A stretch of 19,350 nucleotides of DNA, from assembly GCA_964584035.1 (NCBI GenBank), contig CAZOYL010000041.1, forward strand, positions 1 to 19,350, read 5' to 3'. The notes beneath the pieces are model-generated. The model had not been told where the DNA came from and ran no database searches. It saw nothing but the letters and a program-made list of their open reading frames with translations. Position 1 is the first letter of the stretch. The number at the start of each line of letters is the position of its first letter. Origin of the DNA: an uncultured Gemmatimonadota bacterium (lineage in GTDB: Bacteria > SM23-81). Position numbers and translations under genes: made by a program. Of this stretch, positions 6,517 to 14,911 are shown piece by piece.

Positions 6517-6687
6517 TCACCCGCCGTCGCGGTTCTCGTCGAAACCCGCCTGATCGCCGGAAAAGGCTTCATCATCGATGGCCCAATGCTGCCACTGCTC
6601 TTTATACTCTTCTTCCTGGATGCGCCGCAGAACCTGCTTTCGGCGTCGATCGCGCTTCTCCCGGTCTTCCAATCTGTTCTTCTTCAT
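6517..6687 (-). CDS. Small hypothetical protein, 56 aa, highly charged
   Basis: Manual translation MKKNRLEDREKRDRRRKQVLRRIQEEEYKEQWQHWAIDDEAFSGDQAGFDENRDGG*; RBS GAGG 7 nt before the ATG; fills the pilS-pilR gap on the operon strand; shorter than any ORF in the track. Confidence 0.6.
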   Translation of the reverse strand: MKKNRLEDREKRDRRRKQVLRRIQEEEYKEQWQHWAIDDEAFSGDQAGFDENRDGG

Positions 6688-6717
6688 TTTGAGGCCTCGC
6701 AGTATTACCGTTTCACA

Positions 6718-8394
6718 TCACCGTTCCAATAATAAGGAAACGGCAAAGTTCGTTCCTTTCCCCGGCTTGCTCTCCACTTCCAGCTTCCCTCCGTTGTTCT
6801 CCACAATACGCTGGGCGATGGACAGACCGAGACCCGTGCCATCCTTTTTGGAAGAATAAAACGGTTCGAAGATGTCGCCCAGCTCCTCTGCTGGAATGCC
6901 CACACCAGTATCCTGGAAAAACGCCACAACCATGTCTTCGCCCCCGGCCTCTTTCCTCCCTTTGTTTTCCTTGAGACCGACCGTCAGCTGTCCCCCGTGA
7001 GGCATGGCCTGCAAGGCATTTATGGCGATGTTGAGAAAAATCTGCTTGACCTGGTCACCGTCGGCCCATACGCGGACCTCCTCTTTTCCAATAGTATTCA
7101 GAATCTGGATACTACTATGAAAATCATGGTGATTACGGATCAGCGTCAAGGTTTCATCGATGATCCGGGACAGCTCCACTACAGTCCGTTCGGCCGGTCG
7201 AATACGGGCATAGAGCAGAAAATCGGTGATGATTCTGTTCAGCCGTTCCGATTCATGGGTCACTAATTCCATGAGCTTGCGCTCCTCTCCAGATAACTGG
7301 GGAGTATCCCTGAGCAGCTCCACCGAGCCGCTGATGGTGGCCAGGGGATTCCGGATCTCATGGGCGATGGCCGCTGACAATTGACCCAGTACGGCCAGGC
7401 GGTCCGCCTGGCGAGCTTTCTGTTCCAGCTCCTTGGCATCGGTGAGATCCTGAAAGACGGCGATGACACCGCTGCGCCGGCCGTCTCCTACGCCCAGGAG
7501 GGTGGTGCTGATACCCAGCGGGATGGTCTTCACTCCCCGGGAGGTGACGGACAGCTCCTTGCGGTCGTAAACGACGGCCTTTTCCAGAGCGGTGCGCAGC
7601 ACAGCGGTCAACTCCCGGTGGTTTTCATCGAAGACCTGATCGTAGGCTCGACCCTTGATCTGGGAAACGTGAAGACCTAAAATTTTCTCAGCGGCTCCAT
7701 TGAAATATTGAATGCGCCCCTCTCCATCCAGAGTGACCAGCCCGCTGGGTATATTCTCCAGGATATCGTCGGTGTCCAGCTGCACCCGGAGCAGACGCTG
7801 CGAGGTAGATTCCAGCTCTTCACCCTTGCGGCGCAGCTTTTCTGATAGAAAACCGCTCAGGATGGCGACCAGAAAGAAGAAAAAGATGTTTAAAAACACA
7901 TTGATGGGCGATTGCTCCGGCGGGCGGGAAAGGCGATCGGGCTCGAAGAAGGAGACCGTATCGACCAGCTCCTCATACTGCAGCCAACTGAGCAGCCCAT
8001 AGGCAGCCGACACCAAGGCGGTGATGGCCAGCATACCACCAAGGCGAACAAACATACTGGCGCTGATGATGATTAAAAGATACAGCAGCGTCAGGATGCT
8101 CTCGGCCCCTCCCGAGAAATAGAGAATGCCGGTGACTAAAACCACGTCCACGCTCAGCTGAATATAGACCAGGAGAACCGGGGAGATCTCCCACTTGAGC
8201 GCCAGCCAATAAAAGACGGAGATCAGATAGGTGAGGATCAGCAGACCATAGATGGGAACCAGAGAAAAGTCGGCTCGACTGCCCAGGAGGAAGACGATGA
8301 CGGTCCCCAGCATGAGCGTGACCAGAATCAACCGGAAGATCATCAATCCATGAATAGATCGGATATCGATACCCCGGTGCTTCTGAAACAGCAT
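6718..8394 (-). CDS. pilS: Membrane sensor histidine kinase PilS (TM helices, PAS, HisKA, HATPase)
   Basis: About six N-terminal hydrophobic segments; PAS-like ENIPSGLVTLDGEGRIQYFNGAAE; H-box AHEIRNPL; N-box NIAINALQAM; G1 DTGVGI; F-box FEPFYSSK; G2 GTGLGL; lies between pilC and pilR. Confidence 0.9.
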   Translation of the reverse strand: MLFQKHRGIDIRSIHGLMIFRLILVTLMLGTVIVFLLGSRADFSLVPIYGLLILTYLISVFYWLALKWEISPVLLVYIQLSVDVVLVTGILYFSGGAESILTLLYLLIIISASMFVRLGGMLAITALVSAAYGLLSWLQYEELVDTVSFFEPDRLSRPPEQSPINVFLNIFFFFLVAILSGFLSEKLRRKGEELESTSQRLLRVQLDTDDILENIPSGLVTLDGEGRIQYFNGAAEKILGLHVSQIKGRAYDQVFDENHRELTAVLRTALEKAVVYDRKELSVTSRGVKTIPLGISTTLLGVGDGRRSGVIAVFQDLTDAKELEQKARQADRLAVLGQLSAAIAHEIRNPLATISGSVELLRDTPQLSGEERKLMELVTHESERLNRIITDFLLYARIRPAERTVVELSRIIDETLTLIRNHHDFHSSIQILNTIGKEEVRVWADGDQVKQIFLNIAINALQAMPHGGQLTVGLKENKGRKEAGGEDMVVAFFQDTGVGIPAEELGDIFEPFYSSKKDGTGLGLSIAQRIVENNGGKLEVESKPGKGTNFAVSLLLER

Positions 8395-8502
8395 GGTGAT
8401 GCCCTCTGGTTATGGATTCCTGACAGAAGAACTATGAATGCGCCTTCGGATCGAACCGCTAAGCGGATCGATCAGTTCCGCAATTCCCTTGCAGGTGATC
8501 CC

Positions 8503-8530
8503 GGCTGTAAATCCCTGGCTGTAACTCCCT
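8503..8530. repeat. 14-bp tandem direct repeat (two copies) in the pilC-pilS spacer
   Basis: GGCTGTAAATCCCT / GGCTGTAACTCCCT (13/14 identical), flanked by the inverted pair TGATCCCG (8496-8503) and CGGGATCA (8532-8539). Confidence 0.6.
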
Positions 8531-8536
8531 GCGGGA

Positions 8537-9736
8537 TCATTTGATGACGTTGACGAGATCGAACATGGGTAGATACATGGCGATCAGAATGCCGCCGACA
8601 ATGACGCCCATGAATACCACGATAATGGGCTCCAGCACCGAAGTGAGATCCGCCACCGCCGCGTCGACCTGCTCATCGTAGAAATCAGCCACCTTGGCGA
8701 GCATGCTGTCCAGCTGGCCGGTACGCTCACCGATAGTGACCATCTGCGTCACCATGGGCGGAAACACTCCGGATTCCTTGAGCGGCTCAGCGATGGTCTG
8801 CCCCTCGGCGATGCGCGAGCGAGCCTTCTCGACTGCTTCCCGAACCACGCTGTTTCCCGCCGTCTTGGCCGTGATGGTCAGGGAATCGAGGATGGCCACG
8901 CCGCTGGCCAGAAGCGTTCCCAGAGTGCGGCTGAAACGAGATATAGCGCTTTTCCGCAGCAGACTTCCAAAGACGGGCACTTTTAAAAGGAACTTATCAA
9001 TCTTGTATCGGCCGGGTGGGGTTCGATACACATATCTGATGACGGTCACCATGAGCCCGATAGCACCGAATATGAACAGGTAGTAATTTTGCAGGAAGTC
9101 ACTGATGCCGAGGACAACCTGGGTGGGGAGCGGCAGGGCACCGCCGAATTCATTGAACAGCTTGGCGAAGGTGGGCACGATGGTGGTCAGCATGAAGATG
9201 GTGCCTCCGGTGGCTACCAGGCTGATCAGGGCCGGATAGACCAGGGCACCTCTGATCTTTCGTTTCAATGCGTTGGCCTTTTCCAAATAGGTTGCCAGGC
9301 GAAGCAGAATGGTGTCCAGCATGCCACCCATCTCGCCGGCCTCGACCATGTGCACAAAGAGCGCGTTGAAGATCTTGTCATGTTGACCCAGGGCTTCTGC
9401 CAGCGTTTTGCCGCTCTGCACGGAATCGGCCACCTGCCCGATAATCTCCCGGAAACGCTCCCGAGTGACCTGCTCCTGGATGGTCTGGAGACACTGCATG
9501 ATGGGCAGACCGGCACTGATCATGGTGGCGAACTGTCGTGTGAATGAGGACAGATCGCTGCTGCGGACCTTCGATCTGAGACGCAGATTCAGCTGCAGCA
9601 TCTTGCGCTTCACGGAGGTCACCAGAATGCCCTGCTTGCGGAGTATTTTGGTCAGCTCCTCGGGACTTTCGGCGATAAGCTCACCGGAGACCAGTCCGCG
9701 GTGTCGGGCTCGTCCCTGATAAACGTAATTGGGCAC
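8537..9736 (-). CDS. pilC: Type IV pilus inner-membrane platform protein (GspF family)
   Basis: FTRQFATMISAGLPI, MVEAGEMGGMLD, ALVYP, LPLPT, GERTGQLDSML, LEPIIVV..AMYLPMF. Start reassigned to GTG at 9736 (RBS AGGAG). Confidence 0.95.
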   Translation of the reverse strand: MPNYVYQGRARHRGLVSGELIAESPEELTKILRKQGILVTSVKRKMLQLNLRLRSKVRSSDLSSFTRQFATMISAGLPIMQCLQTIQEQVTRERFREIIGQVADSVQSGKTLAEALGQHDKIFNALFVHMVEAGEMGGMLDTILLRLATYLEKANALKRKIRGALVYPALISLVATGGTIFMLTTIVPTFAKLFNEFGGALPLPTQVVLGISDFLQNYYLFIFGAIGLMVTVIRYVYRTPPGRYKIDKFLLKVPVFGSLLRKSAISRFSRTLGTLLASGVAILDSLTITAKTAGNSVVREAVEKARSRIAEGQTIAEPLKESGVFPPMVTQMVTIGERTGQLDSMLAKVADFYDEQVDAAVADLTSVLEPIIVVFMGVIVGGILIAMYLPMFDLVNVIK

Positions 9737-9815
9737 GATCACTCCTGGGTGAGTGGGGAATGAATATACTCGTAAGAACAATGCTCCCGGAGCGGATCAG
9801 CCGGCCGGCGGGATG

Positions 9816-10931
9816 TCATTTACTCTGCGCCGTCATCTTCCAGGAAGATTTCGATGATGTCCCGCTCCGATCGTGGCCGATCGACAGCATCTCTTTCAGC
9901 TCGTCCGGTTTCGAGCTGCTCTGGAGCGCATCGTTCATGGACACCTGGCCGTTTTGACACAGCTCTGCCAGCGATTCATTCATCGTCCGCATACCATACT
10001 TGGCGCCCGCCTGGATGAGGCTGTAGATCTGATGGGATTTTTGATCCCGGACCAGCGCCCGAATGGCCGGCGTGCAGATCAGCATCTCCAGCGCCAGCAC
10101 CCGCCCGCCGCCGATCTTGGGCAGCAGCACCTGTGAGACGATTCCCTCCAGCACGAAGGACAGCTGGGTTCTCACCTGAGACTGCTGATTGGCCGGAAAA
10201 GCATCGATAATCCGGTTGATGCTCTGATCGCAGGAATTGGTATGCAGGGTGGCCAGGGCCAGATGCCCCGTCTCGGCGATCCTCAGGGTTGTCTCCATGG
10301 TCTCCAGATCACGCATCTCTCCCACCAGGACCACGTCGGGATCCTCCCTCAGAACGTACTTCAGGGCGTTGACGAAGGAGTTGGTATCCTCATAGACCTC
10401 CCGCTGATTGATCACCGAACGGTTGTGCTGATGCAGAAACTCGATGGGATCCTCCACGGTGATCACATGACAGCTTCGATGACGGTTGATCATATCCAGC
10501 ATGGCCGCCTGTGTGGTGGACTTTCCGCTGCCGGTCGGACCGGTTACCAGAACCAGACCACGTGGCTTCAGGGCCAGCTCACCGATCACTTTGGGCAGGC
10601 CCAATTCTTCAAATGAGGGAATGGAATAAGGAATCTGCCGTATGGCGATGGCCACGCAACCTCTCTGAAGGAACACATTGGCCCTGAACCGGCTCAGATT
10701 CTCGATGCCGAAGGATAGATCCAGCTCTCTGTTTTCCTCAAATTTCTTTTTCTGATTTTCGGTCAGCACGCTGAAGGCCAGCTGCTGGACATCCTGGGGC
10801 TTCAGGATGTCGTATGGCGACTGGACCAGCTCTCCGTCGATGCGGAAGACCGGCGGAACGCCAACGGTGAGATGAAGATCGGAGGCGTTCTTGGTGACCA
10901 TCTCCTCCAGTAATTGTTTCAAGGTCAGCAT
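9816..10931 (-). CDS. pilT: Type IV pilus retraction ATPase
   Basis: ASDLHLTVGVPP; Walker A GPTGSGKST; Asp box TVEDPIE; LREDPDVVLVGEMRD; His box GHLALATLHTN; AIRALVRD (AIRNLIRE-type) and GMRTM motifs. Confidence 0.95.
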   Translation of the reverse strand: MLTLKQLLEEMVTKNASDLHLTVGVPPVFRIDGELVQSPYDILKPQDVQQLAFSVLTENQKKKFEENRELDLSFGIENLSRFRANVFLQRGCVAIAIRQIPYSIPSFEELGLPKVIGELALKPRGLVLVTGPTGSGKSTTQAAMLDMINRHRSCHVITVEDPIEFLHQHNRSVINQREVYEDTNSFVNALKYVLREDPDVVLVGEMRDLETMETTLRIAETGHLALATLHTNSCDQSINRIIDAFPANQQSQVRTQLSFVLEGIVSQVLLPKIGGGRVLALEMLICTPAIRALVRDQKSHQIYSLIQAGAKYGMRTMNESLAELCQNGQVSMNDALQSSSKPDELKEMLSIGHDRSGTSSKSSWKMTAQSK

Positions 10932-10960
10932 GATTTTCTCCCTATAACATTTCGGGCCCT

Positions 10961-12676
10961 TTATTCATTGACCGTCTCGCGGATTACCTCTTCGAGAGTG
11001 GTCACACCCTGCCGGAGCTTGGTAAGAGCTGCTTCTCTGAGAGTCACCACGCCCTCCGATATCGCCTCACGACGAAGGGCATCACGAGAGGCGTTTTCCA
11101 CGATCAGCTCCTTCAATTTAACGGTGATCGGCATCACCTCGTAAATACCGATGCGTCCGGAAAAACCGGTCTGGTGGCATTCGGAACAACCGGTTCCCTG
11201 ATAGGTGTCAAATTGCTGCGCCTCCTCATGGATGAGCCCGAGCTGTTCCAGGAGCTCGGTTCGCTCCTTGGTATGTTCCTCTTTCTGCTTACAATAGGTG
11301 CAGATCTTTCGCAACAGCCGCTGAGCCACGATAAGGTTCAGGGACGAGGAAACCAGGAAAGGCTGAACTCCCATGTCGACCAGCCGGTTGATGGTGCTGG
11401 GAGCATCGTTGGTGTGCACCGTGCTGAGCACCAGGTGGCCGGTCAGAGCCGCCCTGATGGCGATCTCGGCCGTCTCCAGATCCCGGATCTCCCCCACCAT
11501 GATGATGTTGGGATCCTGACGCAGAAAGGACCGCAGCGCCGAGGCGAAGGTCAGGCCGATCTCGGATCTCACCTGTACCTGATTGATGCCATCCAGATGA
11601 TATTCCACCGGATCCTCTGCGGTCATGATGTTGACGTCCGGCTTATTGATCAATCTTATGGCCGAATACAGGCTGGTGGTCTTGCCGCTGCCGGTCGGTC
11701 CGGTGGCCAGGACGATGCCGTAGGGCCTTTGAATGGCCAACTGAAAGTCTCTCAGCGCTTTCTTCTCGAATCCCAGATCCTCCATATCCAGCATCAGATT
11801 GGTAGGATCCAGAATTCTCATAACGACCTTCTCGCCGAAGATGGTCGGCAAGGTGGAGACCCTGATGTCAACAGTCTTATCGCTCATCTTCACCTTGATG
11901 CGACCATCCTGGGGAACTCTTCGTTCGGCAATATCCAATTCAGACATGATCTTGATGCGGGAAACGATGGCCGCCCGGAGACGATAGGGCAAAGAGGGCC
12001 TATCCATCAGGGTCCCGTCGATACGATAGCGAATCCGCAGTGTTTTCTCGTGGGTCTCGATATGAATATCGCTGGCCCCCTTGCGGATGGCATCGGAGAC
12101 GATCCCGTTGACCAGCTTGACCAGGGGGGCCTCCTGGACAACGGAACGCAGCTCCTGAATATCGGGGAGCCCCTCATCTCCACCCTCCTGAACCACCTCC
12201 AGATCCTCATCATCGATGAGATCCTTAACCATCTCTGCGATCTGATCTCCCAGGTGATAATACTTCTCGATGGCTCTGCGAATGGAGGTCTCGGCGGCCA
12301 CGACGGGGAGGATCTCACATCCGGTGACGAATTTGAGAGAATCGATGGAAAATATGTTGCTCGGATCGGCGATGGCCACCGTTAGAGTGTTCGCATCGCG
12401 ATCCACGGCAATGGCGCAGAGCTTCTGAGCCATTGCGGCCGGGATCAGCTCGACCACATCGGGATCGAGTTCCATCTCCGAAAGCTTCAGCGCACCGACG
12501 TTCAACTGACGGCCCAGGACCTCGATGATGGCCTCTTCGCTGTCGATATAGCCCAGTTCGGCGAGATTCTCGCCCAGTTTGCCGCCCAGCTCCGCCTGCC
12601 GCTGCAAAGCCTCCTGCAGTTGCTCCAGCGTGATGATCCCCTCGGAGACGAGCATCTCCCCCAAGCGTTTTCCCAC
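10961..12676 (-). CDS. pilB: Type IV pilus assembly ATPase with an N-terminal MshEN motif
   Basis: GTG start with RBS GGAGG; RLGEMLVSEGIITLEQLQEALQRQ; ASDIHIE; ERRVPQDGR; Walker A GPTGSGKTT; TAEDPVE; LRQDPNIIMVGEIRD; His box; Zn motif CTYC..CSEC. Confidence 0.96.
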   Translation of the reverse strand: MGKRLGEMLVSEGIITLEQLQEALQRQAELGGKLGENLAELGYIDSEEAIIEVLGRQLNVGALKLSEMELDPDVVELIPAAMAQKLCAIAVDRDANTLTVAIADPSNIFSIDSLKFVTGCEILPVVAAETSIRRAIEKYYHLGDQIAEMVKDLIDDEDLEVVQEGGDEGLPDIQELRSVVQEAPLVKLVNGIVSDAIRKGASDIHIETHEKTLRIRYRIDGTLMDRPSLPYRLRAAIVSRIKIMSELDIAERRVPQDGRIKVKMSDKTVDIRVSTLPTIFGEKVVMRILDPTNLMLDMEDLGFEKKALRDFQLAIQRPYGIVLATGPTGSGKTTSLYSAIRLINKPDVNIMTAEDPVEYHLDGINQVQVRSEIGLTFASALRSFLRQDPNIIMVGEIRDLETAEIAIRAALTGHLVLSTVHTNDAPSTINRLVDMGVQPFLVSSSLNLIVAQRLLRKICTYCKQKEEHTKERTELLEQLGLIHEEAQQFDTYQGTGCSECHQTGFSGRIGIYEVMPITVKLKELIVENASRDALRREAISEGVVTLREAALTKLRQGVTTLEEVIRETVNE

Positions 12677-12710
12677 AAATTCCTCCAGACGATGTCCGCT
12701 ATCGCCGGCC

Positions 12711-12974
12711 TTACGGGCCTAACAGGGCCGCCCCTGACCGGTTCAGGATTCCATAATAGCGTATTAAAAAGATCACCACGATCAACAGGGCCACCAGCCA
12801 GAGAAGTCTGGCCAGCCGGAAAGGCGAGCGTTTCCGCGGACGCCGAAATTGAAAGCGTTTTGGCGGTCTCTGATCATCCTCCTGCTCAATCCGCCGGTCA
12901 CGATGGAGTCTAAATTCCCGCCGGGGGCTTTGTCTTCGAGAATTCTTTAGGCCGAAGGAGCCCGATAGGTTCAT
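12711..12974 (-). CDS. Small basic protein with one C-terminal transmembrane helix (87 aa)
   Basis: ATG at 12974 overlaps the epimerase stop (TGATG), with RBS AAGGAGG 6 nt upstream. An Arg-rich region is followed by LLWLVALLIVVIFLI. Ends 34 nt before pilB. Confidence 0.6.
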   Translation of the reverse strand: MNLSGSFGLKNSRRQSPRREFRLHRDRRIEQEDDQRPPKRFQFRRPRKRSPFRLARLLWLVALLIVVIFLIRYYGILNRSGAALLGP

Positions 12975-14005
12975 CACCGGCCTCCTTCTTCCGGAGCGCG
13001 GCGCTGAACACCGATGCCCGGCCGGTCAGGAAGGATCAGCTTTCCATCGATCACCCCGACGCCTTCATAGGGATCATTTTCGATGAGCAGATGCCCGTCC
13101 AGATCGGCAAAATCGACCAGGGGCGACAGCTGGGCCGCCGCGGTGATGGCCACGGAAGATTCCACCATGCAGCCCAGCATGATCTGAAACCCGAGCGCCC
13201 TGGCCGTATGGATCATCCTGACGGCTTCCCGCAGCCCGCCGCATTTCATCAGCTTAATGTTCACACCATGGGCACAGCCGATCAGCCGGGGGATATCCTC
13301 GGCGGTTCGAACGCTCTCGTCCAGCACGATGGGTATCCTGGTTCGCTTGCGCAGCCATCGCATCCCTTCGATATCATCGGCTGCCAGGGGCTGTTCGACG
13401 AACTCTATATCATACTCCTGGAGTGCCGATATCTTTTCCAAAGCCTGTGAAGCGGTCCAGGCGGCATTGGCATCGACCCGGATGGTGGCCGGGGTGATCT
13501 CTCGAATAGCCCTGACAATCTGTTCATCCCGATCCCCCCCCACCTTGACCTTGATGATCGGCACCGGTCCCAGCTCACGAACCTTCTGTTGCATGATCTC
13601 CGGTCGGTCCAATCCCACCGTCACCGAGGTCAGCGGTGTGTCAGCAGGGTCCAGACCCAGCATTCGATACAGCGGCAGGCCCAACGAGGAGGCGACGATA
13701 TCGTGCAGGGCGATGTCCAGAGATGCTCTGGCCGCCGATTGGAGTGGCAAAAGGCGTGCCATATCGGCCAGTATGAATTCCAGTTGAAAGGGATCATCTC
13801 CCAGCCGGCCGGCCAGCCGCTCGAGGGCATCGCAGACCGAGTCGGCATCCTGACCATAATAGCTCGACGGAGCCGCCTCCCCAATACCGATCTGATCCTT
13901 GAATCGTATGTGAGAAATGACGTTACGCCGTACATCGCTCGATTCACGGGATGTTCTGAAGGTGTGCTTGAGCTTCAGTGAAACGATCTCATGACGAAGT
14001 TCCAT
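12974..14005 (-). CDS. Dipeptide epimerase (L-Ala-D/L-Glu epimerase, enolase superfamily)
   Basis: GIGEAAP; KVKVG (KxK); metal ligands VDAN, VEQP, LDES; NIKLMKCGG; DLDG (DxD) motif of dipeptide epimerases. Start at 14005 or 14026. Confidence 0.9.
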   Translation of the reverse strand: MELRHEIVSLKLKHTFRTSRESSDVRRNVISHIRFKDQIGIGEAAPSSYYGQDADSVCDALERLAGRLGDDPFQLEFILADMARLLPLQSAARASLDIALHDIVASSLGLPLYRMLGLDPADTPLTSVTVGLDRPEIMQQKVRELGPVPIIKVKVGGDRDEQIVRAIREITPATIRVDANAAWTASQALEKISALQEYDIEFVEQPLAADDIEGMRWLRKRTRIPIVLDESVRTAEDIPRLIGCAHGVNIKLMKCGGLREAVRMIHTARALGFQIMLGCMVESSVAITAAAQLSPLVDFADLDGHLLIENDPYEGVGVIDGKLILPDRPGIGVQRRAPEEGGR

Positions 14006-14148
14006 GGCGCCGATACCGCCCTCCATCCCTAAGGGGACTGTAAAATGTGTGCTTCATTGAACCCGAAGATTCATGATCATCCCATGAGGGCCATGATTCC
14101 ACCGTGGTTTCTCATCCATCCTCTCCCTCAATCACCAGAAAAAACTCC

Positions 14149-14161
14149 TAAGCAGTTGATA
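14149..14161. promoter_or_regulatory. Putative IHF binding site
   Basis: Minus strand TATCAACTGCTTA is an exact WATCAA-N4-TTR match, preceded by the A-tract ATAAAAAAATTT, in a 215-nt intergenic region. Confidence 0.55.
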
Positions 14162-14241
14162 CTAAATTTTTTTATCCAGCCGCAGGGCGCCTTGCAAAAT
14201 GCGAAAGCGATCGGACAGAGCGAATCTGAAGGACAAACCGA

Positions 14242-14895
14242 TCAGCGAAGGTTCAACAGTTGAACAATCTCCTGTCCGGCGAACAGGCTGCCGAAATAGC
14301 GGACGAATGGACCGATCGTTTTCCACAGCAGCGACCGGCCGGCAATGACCAGCACCAGGAGCGGCAGCGGTCCCATGTGGCCCAGCCACCCGTACGCGCT
14401 GGCCGCCCTGGCAGGCAGCAGACCCTGCAGAACCTTGCTACCGTCCAGGGGAGGCAGCGGCAGGAGATTAAAAGCGGCCAGCACCAGATTGATGACCATT
14501 CCCCAGAGCAGAAATGATGTCAAAGCCGACCAGAAGGGCGATGACATGGCCAGGGTTTGTGCCGGCACGAATCTGAGCAGAAGCCCGAAACTCAGAGCTC
14601 CAGCCATGTTGGCCAATGGTCCTGCCAGCGATACCGATACCATGCCGGCTCGGGGATTTTTGAAATACTGCGCATCGATGGGCACCGGGCGGGCCCATCC
14701 GATGTGGGCCACCAGCAGCATCAGGGTGCCCACAGGGTCGAGATGCCGCAGAGGATTCAAGGTCAGCCGTCCGGCCGCTCGCGGAGTGGGATCCCCCAGC
14801 CGATCGGCCACCAGACCATGAGCATATTCATGAAGGACCAGGGCCAGGAGAGCGGCCGGCAGCAGGGGTATCATCGTCAGAATTCGTGACCACAT
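14242..14895 (-). CDS. Site-2 protease family (M50) membrane zinc metalloprotease
   Basis: HEYAH zinc motif, GDPTP..GRLTLNP..HLDP, GWARPVP, AGPLAN, FNLLPLPPLDG. Confidence 0.93.
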   Translation of the reverse strand: MWSRILTMIPLLPAALLALVLHEYAHGLVADRLGDPTPRAAGRLTLNPLRHLDPVGTLMLLVAHIGWARPVPIDAQYFKNPRAGMVSVSLAGPLANMAGALSFGLLLRFVPAQTLAMSSPFWSALTSFLLWGMVINLVLAAFNLLPLPPLDGSKVLQGLLPARAASAYGWLGHMGPLPLLVLVIAGRSLLWKTIGPFVRYFGSLFAGQEIVQLLNLR

Positions 14896-14911
14896 GGACG
14901 GCAGCTCCTGT

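Noticed and set aside
11174..12385. 403-aa plus-strand ORF (likewise 16442-17377, 15578-16177 and other plus-strand ORFs)
   Set aside because: They lie antisense to well-supported genes (pilB, xerD, the nucleotidyltransferase); long shadow ORFs are expected in GC-rich DNA.
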